A DNA stretch of 64,000 nucleotides, taken from positions 42,386,477 through 42,450,476 of the forward strand of contig NC_092394.1 of the NCBI RefSeq assembly GCF_030028105.1, written 5' to 3'. This document shows, piece after piece, positions 1-13,559 of the stretch. Made by a program: the position numbers and the translations under genes. Each line of letters opens with the position of its first letter. Position 1 is the stretch's first letter. The notes beneath the pieces are model-generated. The model was not told the origin of the DNA, ran no database searches, and saw only the letters and a list, made by a program, of their open reading frames with translations. The DNA is from Mobula birostris (Eukaryota).

Positions 1-489
1 CTGTAATGAAGCAGTTAACTGTACTAGTATTGATATTGATATATTGATCAATGTCTTCCATTTTAATTTTTAAATCACCGTATTTTCAGTTGTTTAAGCA
101 TTGCTTCTCACACTGCTCATCAGTTTCAATATTATAGAAATGTCCCCTTGACATTTGCTGTTGTCAGTTTTGCTTACTCAGCCAGTTTTATTCTGGCCAG
201 TCATCTGGAATCTAGTCTAATTACAGTTGAAGAACTTTGCTGTTCTTAAACTAGCATACCTGTTGTATGTGATTTCCCACTGCAACAATAAGCAGTACTT
301 GTGTTTTAATCTCTCCTGTCACACAAAATTCTAGGGCCGAGGCACAAGTGACTACTGCACTTGATGTCAAAGCAGTATCGTCCAGTGTGGCATCAGGGAG
401 CCCAACTAAAAGTGAAGTCAGTGGACAGTGAGGGGAAAACATTGCAATGATTTGAGTCATACTTCACACAAAGAAAAAGTGTTATGGTT

Positions 490-1385
490 CATTAGAGGGC
501 AATCATCCTGGCCCAGAGACGTCACTTCTGGAGTGCAACCAGACAGTTTCTTAAACCCAAGTCAATGCCCACTATGAGGTCTGAAGCTGGGTTGTTCATA
601 GATGATTGAACAATATTCAATTTAATTTATAACTTCTCAGCAAATAATGCTTTCCACACCTGCATTGTTGCAACCTATGCAGCATTAAGGCATATACAAA
701 TAAGTGGCAAGTAACAATTATGCCAAAATCTTGCCAAACAGTGACTCTGTCCAACAAAGGAGAATCTAGCCATCTACCCATCTACCCTTGACATTCAGTC
801 CAATTACCATCTCCAAGTCTTCGACTATCAACACCCTGGTAGTTATCATTGACTAGAAACTCAACAGGACCAGCCATGTAAATACCATGTTTAAAGATCA
901 GAGACGTGGCATTCTGTTTCTCACCTCCTGATAAGCCAAGCCTTTCTATCATCTACAAGTAATAGGAATCTAATGAGATACTGTCCACTTGCCTGGATGA
1001 ATGCAGCTCCAATAACTTTCAAGAAATGCAATGTCATTAAGTTCAAAACAGACTGATTGCCAGCCCAGCATACTGTACATTCTAACACTGATGCACAGTG
1101 GCTGCTGTGTGTATTATCTACAAAAAGTAGTTGATTTATTCATGCAGACTACTCTGAGAAAACATCCCAAATCCATAATCCATAACCTATACAACCAAAA
1201 ACACTAACACTATCCTGGCTTGGAAATGTATCACCAGTCGTTTGCTGCTGTGTTGGAATCCTGGAACTTCCCACTTGGTAGTACTGGGGGAGTACTTTCA
1301 CTAGAAAATCTATGGCAGTAAAAGAACGCTGCTCACGCCACCTTTTCAAGGACAAATATGGATGAGCAATGCCCAGGTAAAACCA
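490..1385 (+). mobile_element. Old CR1/L2-group LINE, 3' part, heavily decayed
   Basis: Decayed RT motifs (gtcacttctggagtgc.. = TSGV; ttcatagatgat = F.DD; aagtggcaagtaaca = KWQVT) and a terminal tggaacttcc (WNSL-like). No intact ORF. Confidence 0.55.
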
Positions 1386-2523
1386 ATACAAAGAATTGAC
1401 TCTGACTTCATCTCAGAGTGCTGTCTTTTACCATTACTGTTTGCTGTATAAAGTTTTAGCACTAGTAATTCAACTGAAGTATTTTTTTACTGTATTTAGA
1501 AGCCATCTTCATGCCTCTGGCCCTTTTCTATACTAAATCAAACATTAAGTTTTGCACATTCAATCATTTGGATTGAATTTGTTTTAAAATTAGATCAAGT
1601 ACAAATGTCTTTCAACATTCGATTCAGGAAGGTAACAAGTTATATTGCCGTGACATTGTATTCAACACAGCTGTTTAAATACCAATAATCTACCTGGTTA
1701 TTGGTTCTGACCCTGAATTTATGACTTTATATGGTTTTCAGAGGTGGCAAGTTAAAATGCTTCTGCAATCGTCTTATCTCATGCAATGAAGTACCTTTTG
1801 TCTTACAAAATACCATATATATCTGAGAACATCTGTGTTAGGAACATTTCTTCCTCGCAAGCACGTACAGATCCATTTTGAGCAGGTACACTTTGGTTCT
1901 CACCCTCAGTTGGAACAATATACAGTGTATCTCCACGTTATGGTAGTTCAGGTAATGGAAAAAGTGCTTCAAGGAATTCTCAAATCTTACGACAAATGAA
2001 AAATCATTCTTACATAATTTGCTCACGAAAATCAAAATGAGAAAGAAGCAACAAATCTTGTCAATTTTTAACACAGATTCACTTTATGTAATACAGAAAA
2101 TTTTAATGAACACAACCCCCTGTAACACAAGGGTGCATTGTAATTTGCCTTGAAAAACATCTCCATTTATTCAAATAAAATACAAAAGCCCAACAATTTT
2201 TATTATATTGATCTGTTCCCAAAATATAGCCAGATAGACTGAATTGCTATCTTCCACTTTTTGTGCTTTAACATTTGGAAGGTTTCTACTCTAAGGTTTG
2301 CTTGCAAAGCTCTTAATTTATCTTGTGCTCATAGAATATCAGATCTTGTTGCTTCAAATCATGTTGAATTTACTTTGTGAAATGGCAAGTTTTTGAATTC
2401 ATTCTACTGCCATGAATATAACAACCACTTTGTCATTTTGGGCAACTTCATTTGCTTTCTGTTCCATACTTATTGCCAGTGTAATGCACCTGCCTCTATA
2501 TGTTCTTAGTCTATGATGAGGTA

Positions 2524-3018
2524 ACATCAGAATCAGGTTTATTATCGTCGGCATGTGTCATGAAATTTGTTAACTTAGCAGCAGTACAATGCAATACATC
2601 ATAATATAGAAAGAAAAAAGGTAAATCAATTACAGTGTATATATGTGTTAGATTAAAATAGTGCAAAGCAGAAATAATATGTATAAAAAAAGAGATGGTG
2701 TTCATGGGTTCAGTGTCCATTTAGGAATCATATGACTGAGGGGAGGAAGCTGTTCCTGAATTGTTGAGTGTGTGCCTTCAGCCTTCTGTACCTCCTTCCT
2801 GACGGGACAGTGAGAAGAGGGCATGTCCTGGGTGATGGGGGGGGGGGCGGGGTCCATAATAATGAATACCACCTTTCTAAAGTACTGCTCCTGGAAGATG
2901 CCTTGTATACTGTGGAAGCTAGTACCCAAGACAGAGCTGACTAATTTTACAACTTTCTGTAGCTTTTTTCGATCCCGTGCAGTAACACCCCCCACCCCTC
3001 ATATACCAGACAGTGATA
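2524..3018 (-). mobile_element. Rex1/Babar-type LINE, 5'-truncated 3' end with (TCTGAT)n tail
   Basis: Minus ORFs ITVWY..TARDRKKLQKVVKLVSSVLGTS. Nearly the same sequence occurs at 19667-20463, 47380-48473 and 62521-63568. The tail reads gataataaacctgattctgat on the minus strand. Confidence 0.85.
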
Positions 3019-3499
3019 AAGTTATCACTGACAGCTATAAAGAAAACAAGTAACATACAGTAATACATGGCAAACAGAAGAATTCTAAAAGGGGTGTCTG
3101 ATTTATTCAAGATACACTGTACTTCTAAGATTGTGTGTGTGGACATAGTATATGTAAAATTAATGAAATTATACGGTGACTTCCCACTTATCTACTTCAT
3201 TTACTGACACTATATCTTGGAACAGCATTGCCTAATAGCATTGCAGAATATCTTCACCAAAAAACTGCAGTGCTTCAAGCAGATTACTTACCACTACCGT
3301 CAAGAATAAACAGGGGTGATTTTGTCAGCAATAGCCACATGCCAAGAACTAATTTAAAGCCAAAAAACATTATTATTTCTGTTGAATTAGAAAAAAATAT
3401 ATTAATTAAATTCAGGAAAGTTTAGCTTAATGGAAGGATAAATGAGTCTCCAAAGCCATTTGTGGCACTGAATTGATGATTCACTACCCTCAAGCTAAA

Positions 3500-3750
3500 G
3501 AACTGCCTCCTCATCTAAAGGGATGCCCTTCTTTCTGAGGTTGTGCCCTCTGGTCCTAGACTCCCCCACTATAGGTAACATCCTTTTCACATCCACTCTG
3601 TCTAGGCCTTTCAATAATCCTATAGGTTTCAATGAGATCCCCTGCCCCCATTCTTCTAATCTCCAATGATTACAATGCCAGACCCTTCAAATACTCCTCA
3701 TACTTCAACTCTTTAATTCATGGGACCATTCTCCTGAACTGTTTCTGGCC
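3500..3750 (-). mobile_element. CR1 LINE fragment
   Basis: tgccctctggtcctagactcccccact...tctaggcctttc is the reverse complement of the CR1 RT C-terminal region. It is homologous to 58560-58895. Confidence 0.6.
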
Positions 3751-4071
3751 CTTGAAATGAGTACAGAAACATTTATCCCAGGAACATTACTTATTAAAAT
3801 GTTTTTGATTGAACTCTTTTCATTTGTTCATCATTGTTCCTTCTTTTCTTAATGTTTTGCTGGAACACACTAGCTAGCCTCAGACCAAATGACTATAGTC
3901 AGACTTAAATAATAAGGGTTATTATTTCTTATTATTACATCTGGATTATTCCATAAACTCCCTTGTATAGCAGGGCAAGTATGATATAACGAACATTTTA
4001 GCAAAATCTTTAAAATGACACTTGTAGGTTGGCTGTCACTTTCAGATGGACAACAGTTGTTTCAAGTGTGC

Positions 4072-4100
4072 ATGTGTGTGTGTATGTATGTATGTACATA
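4072..4100. repeat. (TG)n/(TATG)n microsatellite
   Basis: atgtgtgtgtgtatgtatgtatgtacata. Confidence 0.8.
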
Positions 4101-5224
4101 TTTTCAATGGCTATTAATGGAATCTGAGAATAGAGAAAAGGTAATGAAGTAGGATGCCATATTCAAAAGCTGTGGAAAATGCTGACAATATTTAATTTAT
4201 GACTACAGCTATGGAGGCCTTTATGATGTGAGTAAGGAGGGGCGTAATTAAGACATTCAACTCACAAGTGTCAGCAAACTTTAGAAAGTAACAATAATTT
4301 TGAGGACTTTAGTGAGCAAAGAAGTGAGAGATGATAGGTAGAAGAATGAATCAAAGCTGACAATGTGAAAGTCATTATTTCATGTTTCCAGTCCAGCATC
4401 ATCAGCTGATTATTGAATAATTGACCATAATTAAATTTTAAAATCATAAAAGTCTTTCACTTTTTTCCTACAACTGTTTTCCTATCATGTCCTATTATTT
4501 GTACATACCTGCCTGTGGCCAGAAGTTTTACCAGTGAATCCAAAGCAGAACACAGTAGGATTTGTTGGTATAGGCAATGTATTTGAATGGGGCTCCCAGT
4601 ATTGCAGGTCAGTGATTTGACCTAATAGTACTGTGGGATGTGCTGTGCTGGAGGCCTTTCTGTGACACCTGTCCCCAGCTTTATCTTGAGAGTCTATGAC
4701 AATTCTGTGCTGCAGAAACTTATATTGTCATTTTTTAGACGTAACAAAAACAATAGCTGAATTAGATTTAAATAACAGAAATGAAATCTATTTTAAAATG
4801 AAATATAACTAAATTAATTAAAAACACATCATTCTAGAGTACTGTTAATTAGAACATAGAACAGTATAGCACTGTGTCGGCTCTTCACAGAGGAGAATGA
4901 GCTGTACATTTAACATCCAGAAAGGTTTTTTACCAAACTGGTCCCCAGCACAACACCACCCTTTGTCAATAAATGTCAACAACAAGATGTTGCAAAATGG
5001 GGACTACTTACCATTTCTCAAGACCTTCTCAGCTTTGATGATGAAATTCTCATTGCCTTCAAAATTAATTGTTGGCTGCCTGAGGAAAATTAATTGTTGG
5101 AGACCAAGACCTCAAATCCAGTGCAAACACTCATTAATAAGCAGGCAGCATTATCACCTACATTCCTGTGCAATTCTGAGACATGAACCAAGTACAGAGG
5201 CGTCTTAAACCACGGGAGAGCTAC

Positions 5225-5551
5225 CACTATTGTCCTCTCTAGGTGTGCACGTGCAAATATCTTTTGCTACTAGCGCACAAAGAAGTTTAAACTGTGCACA
5301 AATACCTCATTGGCATGTTTAAGTATATTTCATGGTTGTGCACAATGGCATTTCCTTTTCCGGTTTATGATGCAAACAGCGTTGACAATGTGGAGTTTGC
5401 GACGATTTGTCTGCTGGTTTTAGAATTAGCTTTTTAAACTGTTTTGATTGAAGAAATTATTCAGTGTGCACATATTGTCGTTACTGGGCAAAAGTTGCAC
5501 AGCACAACATTTTTACGCACACTGGTCATTACAAATTAGAAGGAACATTGG
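5225..5551. mobile_element. Possible old hAT-type MITE
   Basis: The right end ttagaaggaacattgg is imperfectly inverted to the left end tattgtcctctctag. Internal gcaca/tgtgc motifs recur. No clear TSD. Confidence 0.35.
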
Positions 5552-7139
5552 CTTCCACTGATGACATGTCTGAGAAATCTTCTAAATCCCTGGCTCTATA
5601 CAGGAACTAACATCAGCTCCCAAGATCCCCAGATCTGGAGCCCTAATCACACTGGTCTTCAGTGGATAAGGACAAGCCACTACAATTTGAATGCCTGATA
5701 CCAGCTTCCTGAAACAAACACTCTTCTGAGATCTGTCATAGGAGCAGGTCACTGCATGAACAGACATAACGATTCAATGATGTTCTCTAAACCTCCTTTT
5801 AAAGTTTAATATACCCACTGACTCTTGGAATCCCTGGCCAACAATTACTTAAAATTGAGAGTAAGCATTTTTTGATGGCATTGACAACTGTAAATGCTTC
5901 ATCAGGAGCACACAGAAATCAAGCTCCTGAGCATCTCAATTGTGCCAAAATCTGATACCACACTGGCCTCATCAGTCATTACAGAACCCATAGAACGGAA
6001 GTGGAAAATAAGAAAACCATATAGAAGAGCTGTTGAAGAAGAGAGTTGGCAGGTAGCTCTTGTATCCATTTCTCATTATAGATTGAATTTGTCTGGAAGT
6101 ATGGTTAATTATATTGCATTCAAAGCACCCCGTCATGTTGAAAGCTGTTTAGACATCATATTGATATTTGCATTCCCAGGTCTTTGACTACCCTATTGTC
6201 ATGTCAAGGAAGCTGTCTTCATTTTATTCATGGCTCAGTTATTGTCATGCGAAGATGCTTGATGGGAATTGTGCGAAATGGAAGATAGGTCTCACTCAAA
6301 CATGGACCTTGATATACGTATCCCAAGAGGTGTTTGAACAGACTTCTGCATTGCAGAGACATAATTGTTTCCTGCTGTGCCTATTTGGATACCTTACTAA
6401 CAACTGATCTCATCCAGCAATCAGGAGGAGCAATTAGCTAGTTTAATAAAAACAGATATTACTTTGTAGTTTAAATAAACTAGCTATTTTGGAAATTAAA
6501 ATATAAGTACAGTTTGGAAGATTATACAGTTTTTTTTTGCAAAATTTAATTTGGCATGAGACCAGATGATGTCTATGAACTGATGAAAAGATGTGCAGGT
6601 GATGTGCATTTGCTGCTGAATGTCATTAGTGCACACTTAAATATGATGAATTACATACTTCTTCTGTGTGGGAGTATATCAAGGGCTATTAATCTACTGT
6701 ATGTCACATACAGTCACAATCAGTTTGCTAAGTGTTGTCAAGATTCCAGCTTCTTTAAAGAGAAGCTGACCTCTCAATCACACCTGTACAGGTGCCTATA
6801 CACAAATAGGAGTGGAACTGCAAATTCACTGATGGCAAACCAGGTGTCCTAGTTAAAGAAGTTATCCGCCAAACATACTGTGTATGGCTGGAGTCATACT
6901 AACTGCCTCTCCCCCTTTCCTACCCATCTCAACATGTTAAAATGAAGTGATATTTGCAGAAGGCTGCAAGAGAGATTTGTGCTGGGCATGAGATGCCATA
7001 GGTCACAGTAATAATGAAGATTTAATGACATGAATCAAAATTCTCCTAGCCCACTAGAGATCCCTTTTGAGAAAGCTCTAGTGTACATATTATACATAGT
7101 CATGATAGCTCCAACATAGTCATAATAGATGCTCTGTCT

Positions 7140-7685
7140 CGAGGGCATCAGGTCTGTCTCTATTTTACCAGCCCTGTCTCAAGTTTACCAGACCTGTCTT
7201 GAGCGAACTGTCTGTATCAAGTTTACCATCAGGTCCCTGTCTTGAGAGCAACAAGTCTGTCTCAAATTCCCCGGGGCTCCCTGGGCCTACAGGTGCTGAC
7301 CTTAAGGAGGGAAATACAGTCATGAGCCTTGTGGGCCGGTGCAGTGAGCCATAGAGTTTTGGGTTCTGAGTTTTCTTCGAGGACCTGTATTTGTTAATTA
7401 TTATCTTCACTAGAATTGTTTAGCCCTTACGTTTTTTGTTTAATCTTGTCAAGTTTATTTTAACTGGCTAGAGTTTTTCACATTCTATGATTATTTAAAG
7501 CAAACCCCCGGTTAGTGTTTATCGCGGGGTCCTTGTTTTGAGAATGATTCATTTGTGGCATTGTTCAGTCGAGCCACTGATGTTCTATTGAAATTCCTAT
7601 GTATAAACTATTGTTTCCGTCTCTACATGGGAGCCTGTTTTTCCTTTTCACCTGGATTCAGTTGTTATCAGCACACATTATGACA
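7140..7685 (+). mobile_element. Possible Gypsy-type 3' end: polypurine tract plus LTR (7318-7685)
   Basis: A purine tract aaggagggaaatac precedes (a)gtcatg and the segment ends in tatgaca, the same terminal style as the LTR at 21970-23147. A degenerate ~40-bp repeat (tcaagtttacca..cctgtcttgag) lies upstream. Confidence 0.35.
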
Positions 7686-7949
7686 TTCTCTTTATGAATC
7701 TTTTTGTTAGTATTTTGAAGTTGTTGATTTAAGTTTTGAAAATTGTGGCATTTGATGTATAAAAGCTTTGCTGCTGATTCACTTCTTTGATCCTGTTTTT
7801 ATTGCCTGCACTGGAGAAGTTAGTGTGATGATCGGTAGCTAGAAAAAGACACTTGGTAATATGATCTCATTTGGGAGTTAAGTTTGTCTTTATCATTATA
7901 ATTGGTGAGGTTGAATCTATGTTATCGTACTAGGGAACTGTTCAATAGT

Positions 7950-9130
7950 CTTAAAACAGCAAGGTAGAAGCTGTTCTTAGCCTGGTGGTATGTGCTTTCC
8001 CATTCTTTGTATCTTCTGCACAAAAGAAAAGAGAATGAATGAAGTGTGGTTGGGGTCTTTGATTATACTGGCTGCTTTACTAAGTTAGTGAGAAGTATAG
8101 ACAGCATCCATGGAGGTGAGGCTAGTTTCCATAATGTGCTGAACTGTGTCTACAACACTGCAGTTTCTTGCACTCATGGGCTGGGCAATTGCTATATCGA
8201 GCCATGATGGAGCAGGATAGGATGCTTTCTATGGTATATCAATAAATATTGGTGAGGATCAAAGGGAATGTGGCAGATTTCTTTAGCTTCCTGAGGATGT
8301 AGAGGTGCTTGTGAGCTTTCTTGGCCATGGTGTCTGCAGTTTGACTAGAACAGACTATTGACAATATTCACTCCACTGGAAGCTCTCAACCCTTTTAATC
8401 TCAGTATGTTGATGTAAGCAGAAGCATGTGCACTGCCCCTCCTTCCTGAAGGCGATGACCAGCTCTTTTGTTTTGCTGGTAGTAAAGGAAAGATTGTTGT
8501 AATACACCCTATCACTGAGCTTGCAATTTCCCACCTGTACTTTGACTAATGATTATTTGAGGTACAGTCCGCTATCGTGGTATCATCTGCAAGCTTGTAG
8601 ATGAAGTTAGAATAGAATCTGGCCACACAGTCTTGAGTGTATAGGGAGTAGATCAGGTGATTGAATTTGCAGCCTTGTGAGGCACCAGTTTTGAGAATAA
8701 TCTTGACAGAGGTGTTAATGAATCCATTATGTTGATATGAAGATCTAGCACTCAGTTGCAAAGGGAGGTGCAGAGAGCCAGGTCAAGGAGTTTGGAAAAA
8801 AGCTTGTTTGGAATTACAGTATTGCAGATGGAGCTGTAGTCAATAAACAGCAGTCTAATGTAGGTGACATTACTGTCTAGATGTTCCAGAAATGAGTGTA
8901 GGGCCAGGAAGGTGGCAGCCACCATGGACCTATTTTGGCAGTAGGTAAATTGTAGTTGGTGTGAGGTTGACTGGGAAGCTTAAGTTGGTGTGTGCCATGA
9001 CCAGCCTCTTGAAGCGGTCAGAACTATCTGGCAATAGTGATTAAAGCGTGTTTTTCTTAGCTACCAAGATGATAATGATCTTCTTATAACAGGTGGGAAC
9101 CTCAAATTGAAACAGAAAGGTTCAGTACCT
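7950..9130 (-). mobile_element. Rex1/Babar-type LINE RT fragment, decayed
   Basis: ORF 8546-8761 gives TGASQGC..IYSLYTQDCVA..IYKLADDTTI, the Rex1-type RT core. Confidence 0.8.
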
Positions 9131-9659
9131 TTAAAGACCATTTATATGTTATACCTCATCCGGGCTGAGACCAATAGTTCCATATGTAGGTTTGGTAGTT
9201 TCCTTGGGAATTGTTTAAACCAAGTTAGGAGAATGGTGAGAATCTAAGCAAAGATTAAGGAGATTTTAAAAAAACACACAGAACTGGAATTGGAGGGCAG
9301 AAAATTAGAGCTCAAAGCCTGGTAAATAAACAAAAAGCTTAAATCTGGTTATACATAAATCTAAGGAATGTAGTGGACAGGTTAGATGAAATGAGGGCAC
9401 ATCTGGAAGTATGATATTTCCTCCATGGAAACAGGCTTAAAGAGATGCAAGACTGGAAGTTCCAAGGGATTGAGGGTAAAACATTACCACAAAGGAAAAC
9501 AATAGGATTGTTCATTGTAGAGACCCAGGTGACAAAGTGCATGAAGGCTAAGAGAAGGCAAAACAGAAAAAAAACATAAATGTTGGATTAGCTTATGCAG
9601 CAGTAGAGTTAGATGGCAGTTAGAGTTACCCGATGCTCTGTATCCTTCTGCTACTTGAA

Positions 9660-10055
9660 TTAGTGGGGAAAAGAGGGAAAAAGGGATTAAAGGGAGAAGG
9701 ACAAGGAATAGGGAGGGGGGAGAGAGAGAGTGAGAGTGTGCAGAGGGGGTGTAAGGGGAAAAATAATGGAAAAGAGGAAAAGGAGGAGATGAAGAGAAGA
9801 GGGGAAGGTGAGCGATACCGGCAAGGGAAGGGGAAGAGGTGGGACGGAGGAGAGAGAGGGTGTTGTAGAAATTGAGAGTTGGAGTAGATGGAAAGAGGCA
9901 GAGAGCTTAAGGGTGAGCAAGTTGAGGGTACCAGAATTGATGGAGGATTCTCTCTAACTCACTCACTCTCCATCGCTCCCTCTCTCCACTCTCTTTTATT
10001 CGCCCTTTTCCTTCACACAGTGATTCCCCTCTTATTCTTCCCTCCCTCCTTTAAG
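9660..10055. repeat. Low-complexity purine tract (9660-9920) followed by a pyrimidine tract (9950-10055)
   Basis: A GA-rich run switches to a CT-rich run. The overlapping ORFs are low-complexity artefacts. Confidence 0.7.
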
Positions 10056-10894
10056 TCTTAAACCAGACCAGAGCTGGATTCAACTGCCTAGGTCTTTGTT
10101 CCTCTCCTTAATTCCTCACTTCTTTTGCATTTCATTATCCCATCCAGGAAATAAATAAGTAGTCTGGGTGTAAGAAAGCTAAGTAATTGAGTAAGAGACC
10201 TGCCTAATCAATGGTGGTGGGGATTAGAGAGGGAGGAGAGGGGTGAAGGAAGTTAGAAATGCAGAAGTGACCAAAATTCAAGTCTTATAGAAAACTGAGT
10301 TTAAACAGATAAAAGGCAGTTCACATAAGTATTAAAACTTAATAGAATTTTAAGTTGTCTGTGAAGTGATTAAGCCATAGTATTTGACATGAGACCATTC
10401 AAAATTTACAGGCATTTGAACCATTCAAAATATTGTTATTTTACTAATGTTTAAAAATACATGTAAAATCATTTTAATTCACAGTTTTTTTAATTGTGTA
10501 CTTATTAATTGTCAATTCTTCACAGCTCTATTTATTACATATGAATTATGAATAAGACTGAGAAAGCTGGAAACACCTGAAGAAAGGTGGAAAGTCAGGT
10601 TAAGATGCTAATGCTGTTAGCACAAGAAAATGTAATGATTGATCATCTCACATCTATTTTTAAGTTAACCAATAAAACAGAAGACAAATAAATATCAGAA
10701 AAACAGTAATTTAATTAATATCATTATAACAACCCCGTAGATTATATTCCATACGGAGGCACATGGATCCATGAACCATTCCTGATAGTATGATTCGTAA
10801 TGCTTCTTCCCAGCACAAAGTTACACTGAATGGTCTTACCAATTCTCCACTGCTGAAGTACACTATATTAGATTTGTTGAGAATACATTTTAAA

Positions 10895-11330
10895 AATTTG
10901 CAGATGCTGGAATTTGAAATAAGAATAGAAAATACTGGAAACACAGACCTGTCAGACAACATCATTGGAAAGAGCAACAGTTAACATTTCAGATAACAAA
11001 AAAATCTTCATTAGATCTAGGGAAGTAGAAAACATAAAATTTGAAGCTGCAGAAAGGTTGAGGGAGGATTTGCTAGGACAAAGGGAATATCCCTGATATG
11101 GTGAGACCAGGGTTGCCACGGTGATAAACTGATGCTCAACGCTTGCATTCACTCTATAGAGGTAGTCCTGAGCTTCCAATAACTTGTTACTGTAATTCTC
11201 CATCTTAATCCCACTCTGGCCTATCTGCCTCCACTAATATGACAAGACCCAATTAATCTTAAGAAACAGCCCCTCATCTTTCATCTGGGAATTTTTCACA
11301 CTCCTGGTTCATAATTTTCAGACAATTCAC
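10895..11330. mobile_element. Decayed Penelope-like element remnant with inverted terminal repeat
   Basis: tgcagatgctggaatttgaaataagaatagaaaatactggaa is the reverse complement of the terminal repeat at 19118-19253. aagaaacagcccctcatctttcatctggga resembles the PLE ORF end (EQ.LIF.LG). Confidence 0.5.
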
Positions 11331-11461
11331 ATTATTTGTTTACATCAGATATACCAGGTACTGTTATAGGTTATTTGTTTGTAATATTACCTAGTTTTTA
11401 TCCTCTCCCCATTATTACCTTCAGGGTATATACTACAGCTCAACAAATCCCTACTTTTATA

Positions 11462-11989
11462 CACTCATTAGCCACTTTATTAGTTACACCTATACACCTG
11501 CTTTTTAATGCAAATATCTAATCAGCCAATCAAGTGGTAGCAACTCAATACATAAAAGCATAGTCAAGAAGTTGTTGTTCAGACCAAACATCAAAATGAG
11601 GGAAAATGTGATTAAATGACTGACTGTGAAATTATTGCTGATGCCAGATTGGTGGTTTGAGTATCCCAGAAACTGCTTTCTTCTGGGATTTTCACACACA
11701 ACAGTCTCTAGTGTTTACAGAGAATGGTGCAAAAAACAAAAAAAAATCCAGTGAGCAGTAGTGAAAATGTGCATTGTGAATGAGAGAGGTCAGAGGTGAA
11801 TGGCCAGACTGGTTCAAGGTAACAGGAAGATGACACCATGTGCTACAATTGTGGTTTGCAGAAGAGCTTCTCTGAATTCACAAGACAAACCTTGAAGTGA
11901 ATGGCCTATAGCAGCAGAGGACCATGAACATACGCTCAGTGGCCATGTTATTAAGAACAGGAAGTGCCTAATAAAATGACCACTGAGTG
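11462..11989 (+). mobile_element. Non-autonomous Tc1 derivative with TA TSD
   Basis: TA|CACTCATTAGCCACTTTATTAG ... CTAATAAAATGACCACTGAGTG|TA. The interior is a decayed Tc1 N-terminal HTH region (GLSIPETA.LLGFSHTTVS.VYREWC; ERGQR.MARLVQ). A third TIR copy lies at about 11931-11958. Confidence 0.8.
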
Positions 11990-11994
11990 TATAT

Positions 11995-13385
11995 TGGTAA
12001 CCTGTCTAAATGACTATTGCCCAGTGGCGCTTACATCTACAGTGACAAAATGTTTTGAGAGGCTGGTGTTGAAGCATATCAGTTTCTATCTGAGTGGCAA
12101 CTTGGATCCACTCTAATCCATCTACCGAAGCAACAGGTCTACAGCAGATTCTATCTCATTAGTTCTTCACATAACTGTGGAACATCTGGACAGCAAAGGT
12201 ACATACATCAGGATGCTGTTTCTCGATTACAGCTCGGCACTTAATATCATCATCCCCTCAAATCTAATCCATAAGCTCTAAGGCCTGGGCCTCAGTACCC
12301 CTTTGTGCAATTGGATCCAAAATTCCCTCACTTATACATGCCAGTCAGTTCGGATTGGCAACAATATCTCTTCCATAATCTTCATCAGCACGGGAGCACC
12401 ACAGGATTGTATACTTAGCCCCTGCTCTACTCGCTTTACACCTATGAGTGTGACGCTAAGTACAGCTCCAACACCATATACAAGTTTGCTGACGACACCA
12501 CTGTTGTGGGCTGTTTCATGAGGTTGATGAATCAGCATACAGGAGAGAGATTGAACACTTGGCTGAGTGGTGTAATAACAACAACCTCTCACACAATGTC
12601 AATCAGACCAAGAAACTGATAGCAGACTTCAGGAGAGGGAAACCAGAGATCCATGAGCCAGTAATCATCAGAGGTGGCGAGGGTCAGTAACTTCAAATTC
12701 CTGGGTGTCCCTATCTCAGAGGACCTATCCTGGAACCATCATATAAATATTATTGTAAAGAAAGTACAACAGCATCTCTACTTCCTTGAGAGTCTGGGGA
12801 GATTCAGCATGTGATCAAAAACCTTGGCAAACCTCTATAGACGTGTGGTGGAGAATGTGCTGACTGGCTGTATTACAGACTGGTATAGGACCTCCGATGC
12901 CTTTTGAGCCGAAAATTTTACAAAAGATAATGGATTCAACCCAGTATATCACGGATAAAACCCTCCTGACCATTGAGCACATCTACATGAAATGTTGCCA
13001 GAGAAAAGCAGCATCCATCATCAAAGGTCCTCTCTACCCAGGCCATGCTCTTTTCGTGCTGCTGTCATCAGTTAGAAGGTACAAGAGCCTCAGGACTCGC
13101 ACCACCAGGTTCAAGAACAGTTACTACCCATCAACCATCAGGCTCTTGAACAAAAGGGAATAGCTGCACTCTTTTAAGGACTCTGTTATATTGTTACTTC
13201 ATGAACTCTATTTATTGCTATTTACTTCTATCTGCATTTGCAATTTGTTTACAGTTTACAGTTCCTGATGTTTACAGTTATTGTTCTATAGACTTGTTAA
13301 GTATGCCCACAGAAAAAGAGTCTTAGGGCTGTATGTGCTGACATGTATATACCCTGGTAATAAATTACTTTGAACTTTGAACTTC
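11995..13385 (+). mobile_element. Rex1/Babar-type LINE, RT to 3' end, with (TTTGAAC)n tail
   Basis: [18 protein letters not shown] and RKAASIIK.P..PGHALF..RRYKSLRTRTTRFKNSYYP motifs. It ends aataaattactttgaactttgaact. Confidence 0.88.
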
Positions 13386-13559
13386 AGCAAAATTTCAGAT
13401 TACCTGCCCACCCTCTTCCCTCACAGCTCATTTTATAACTCATTGTTGATTTTACTCTTTCTGAACAAATGTCACACATACTCTACTGCATTCCATTTGA
13501 AATGCTTTGTAGTTTTTAATAGGACCCAGTCCAGAAAGCATTGTGCTTAGTTATATATA

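Noticed and set aside
4560-5210. Faint resemblance to ancient Deu-domain SINEs (gtactgtgggatgtgctgtgctggagg)
   Set aside because: Too short and too diverged to support without a profile search.
9633-9920. Charged and Leu/Pro-rich ORFs on both strands
   Set aside because: These are low-complexity GA/CT tract translations.
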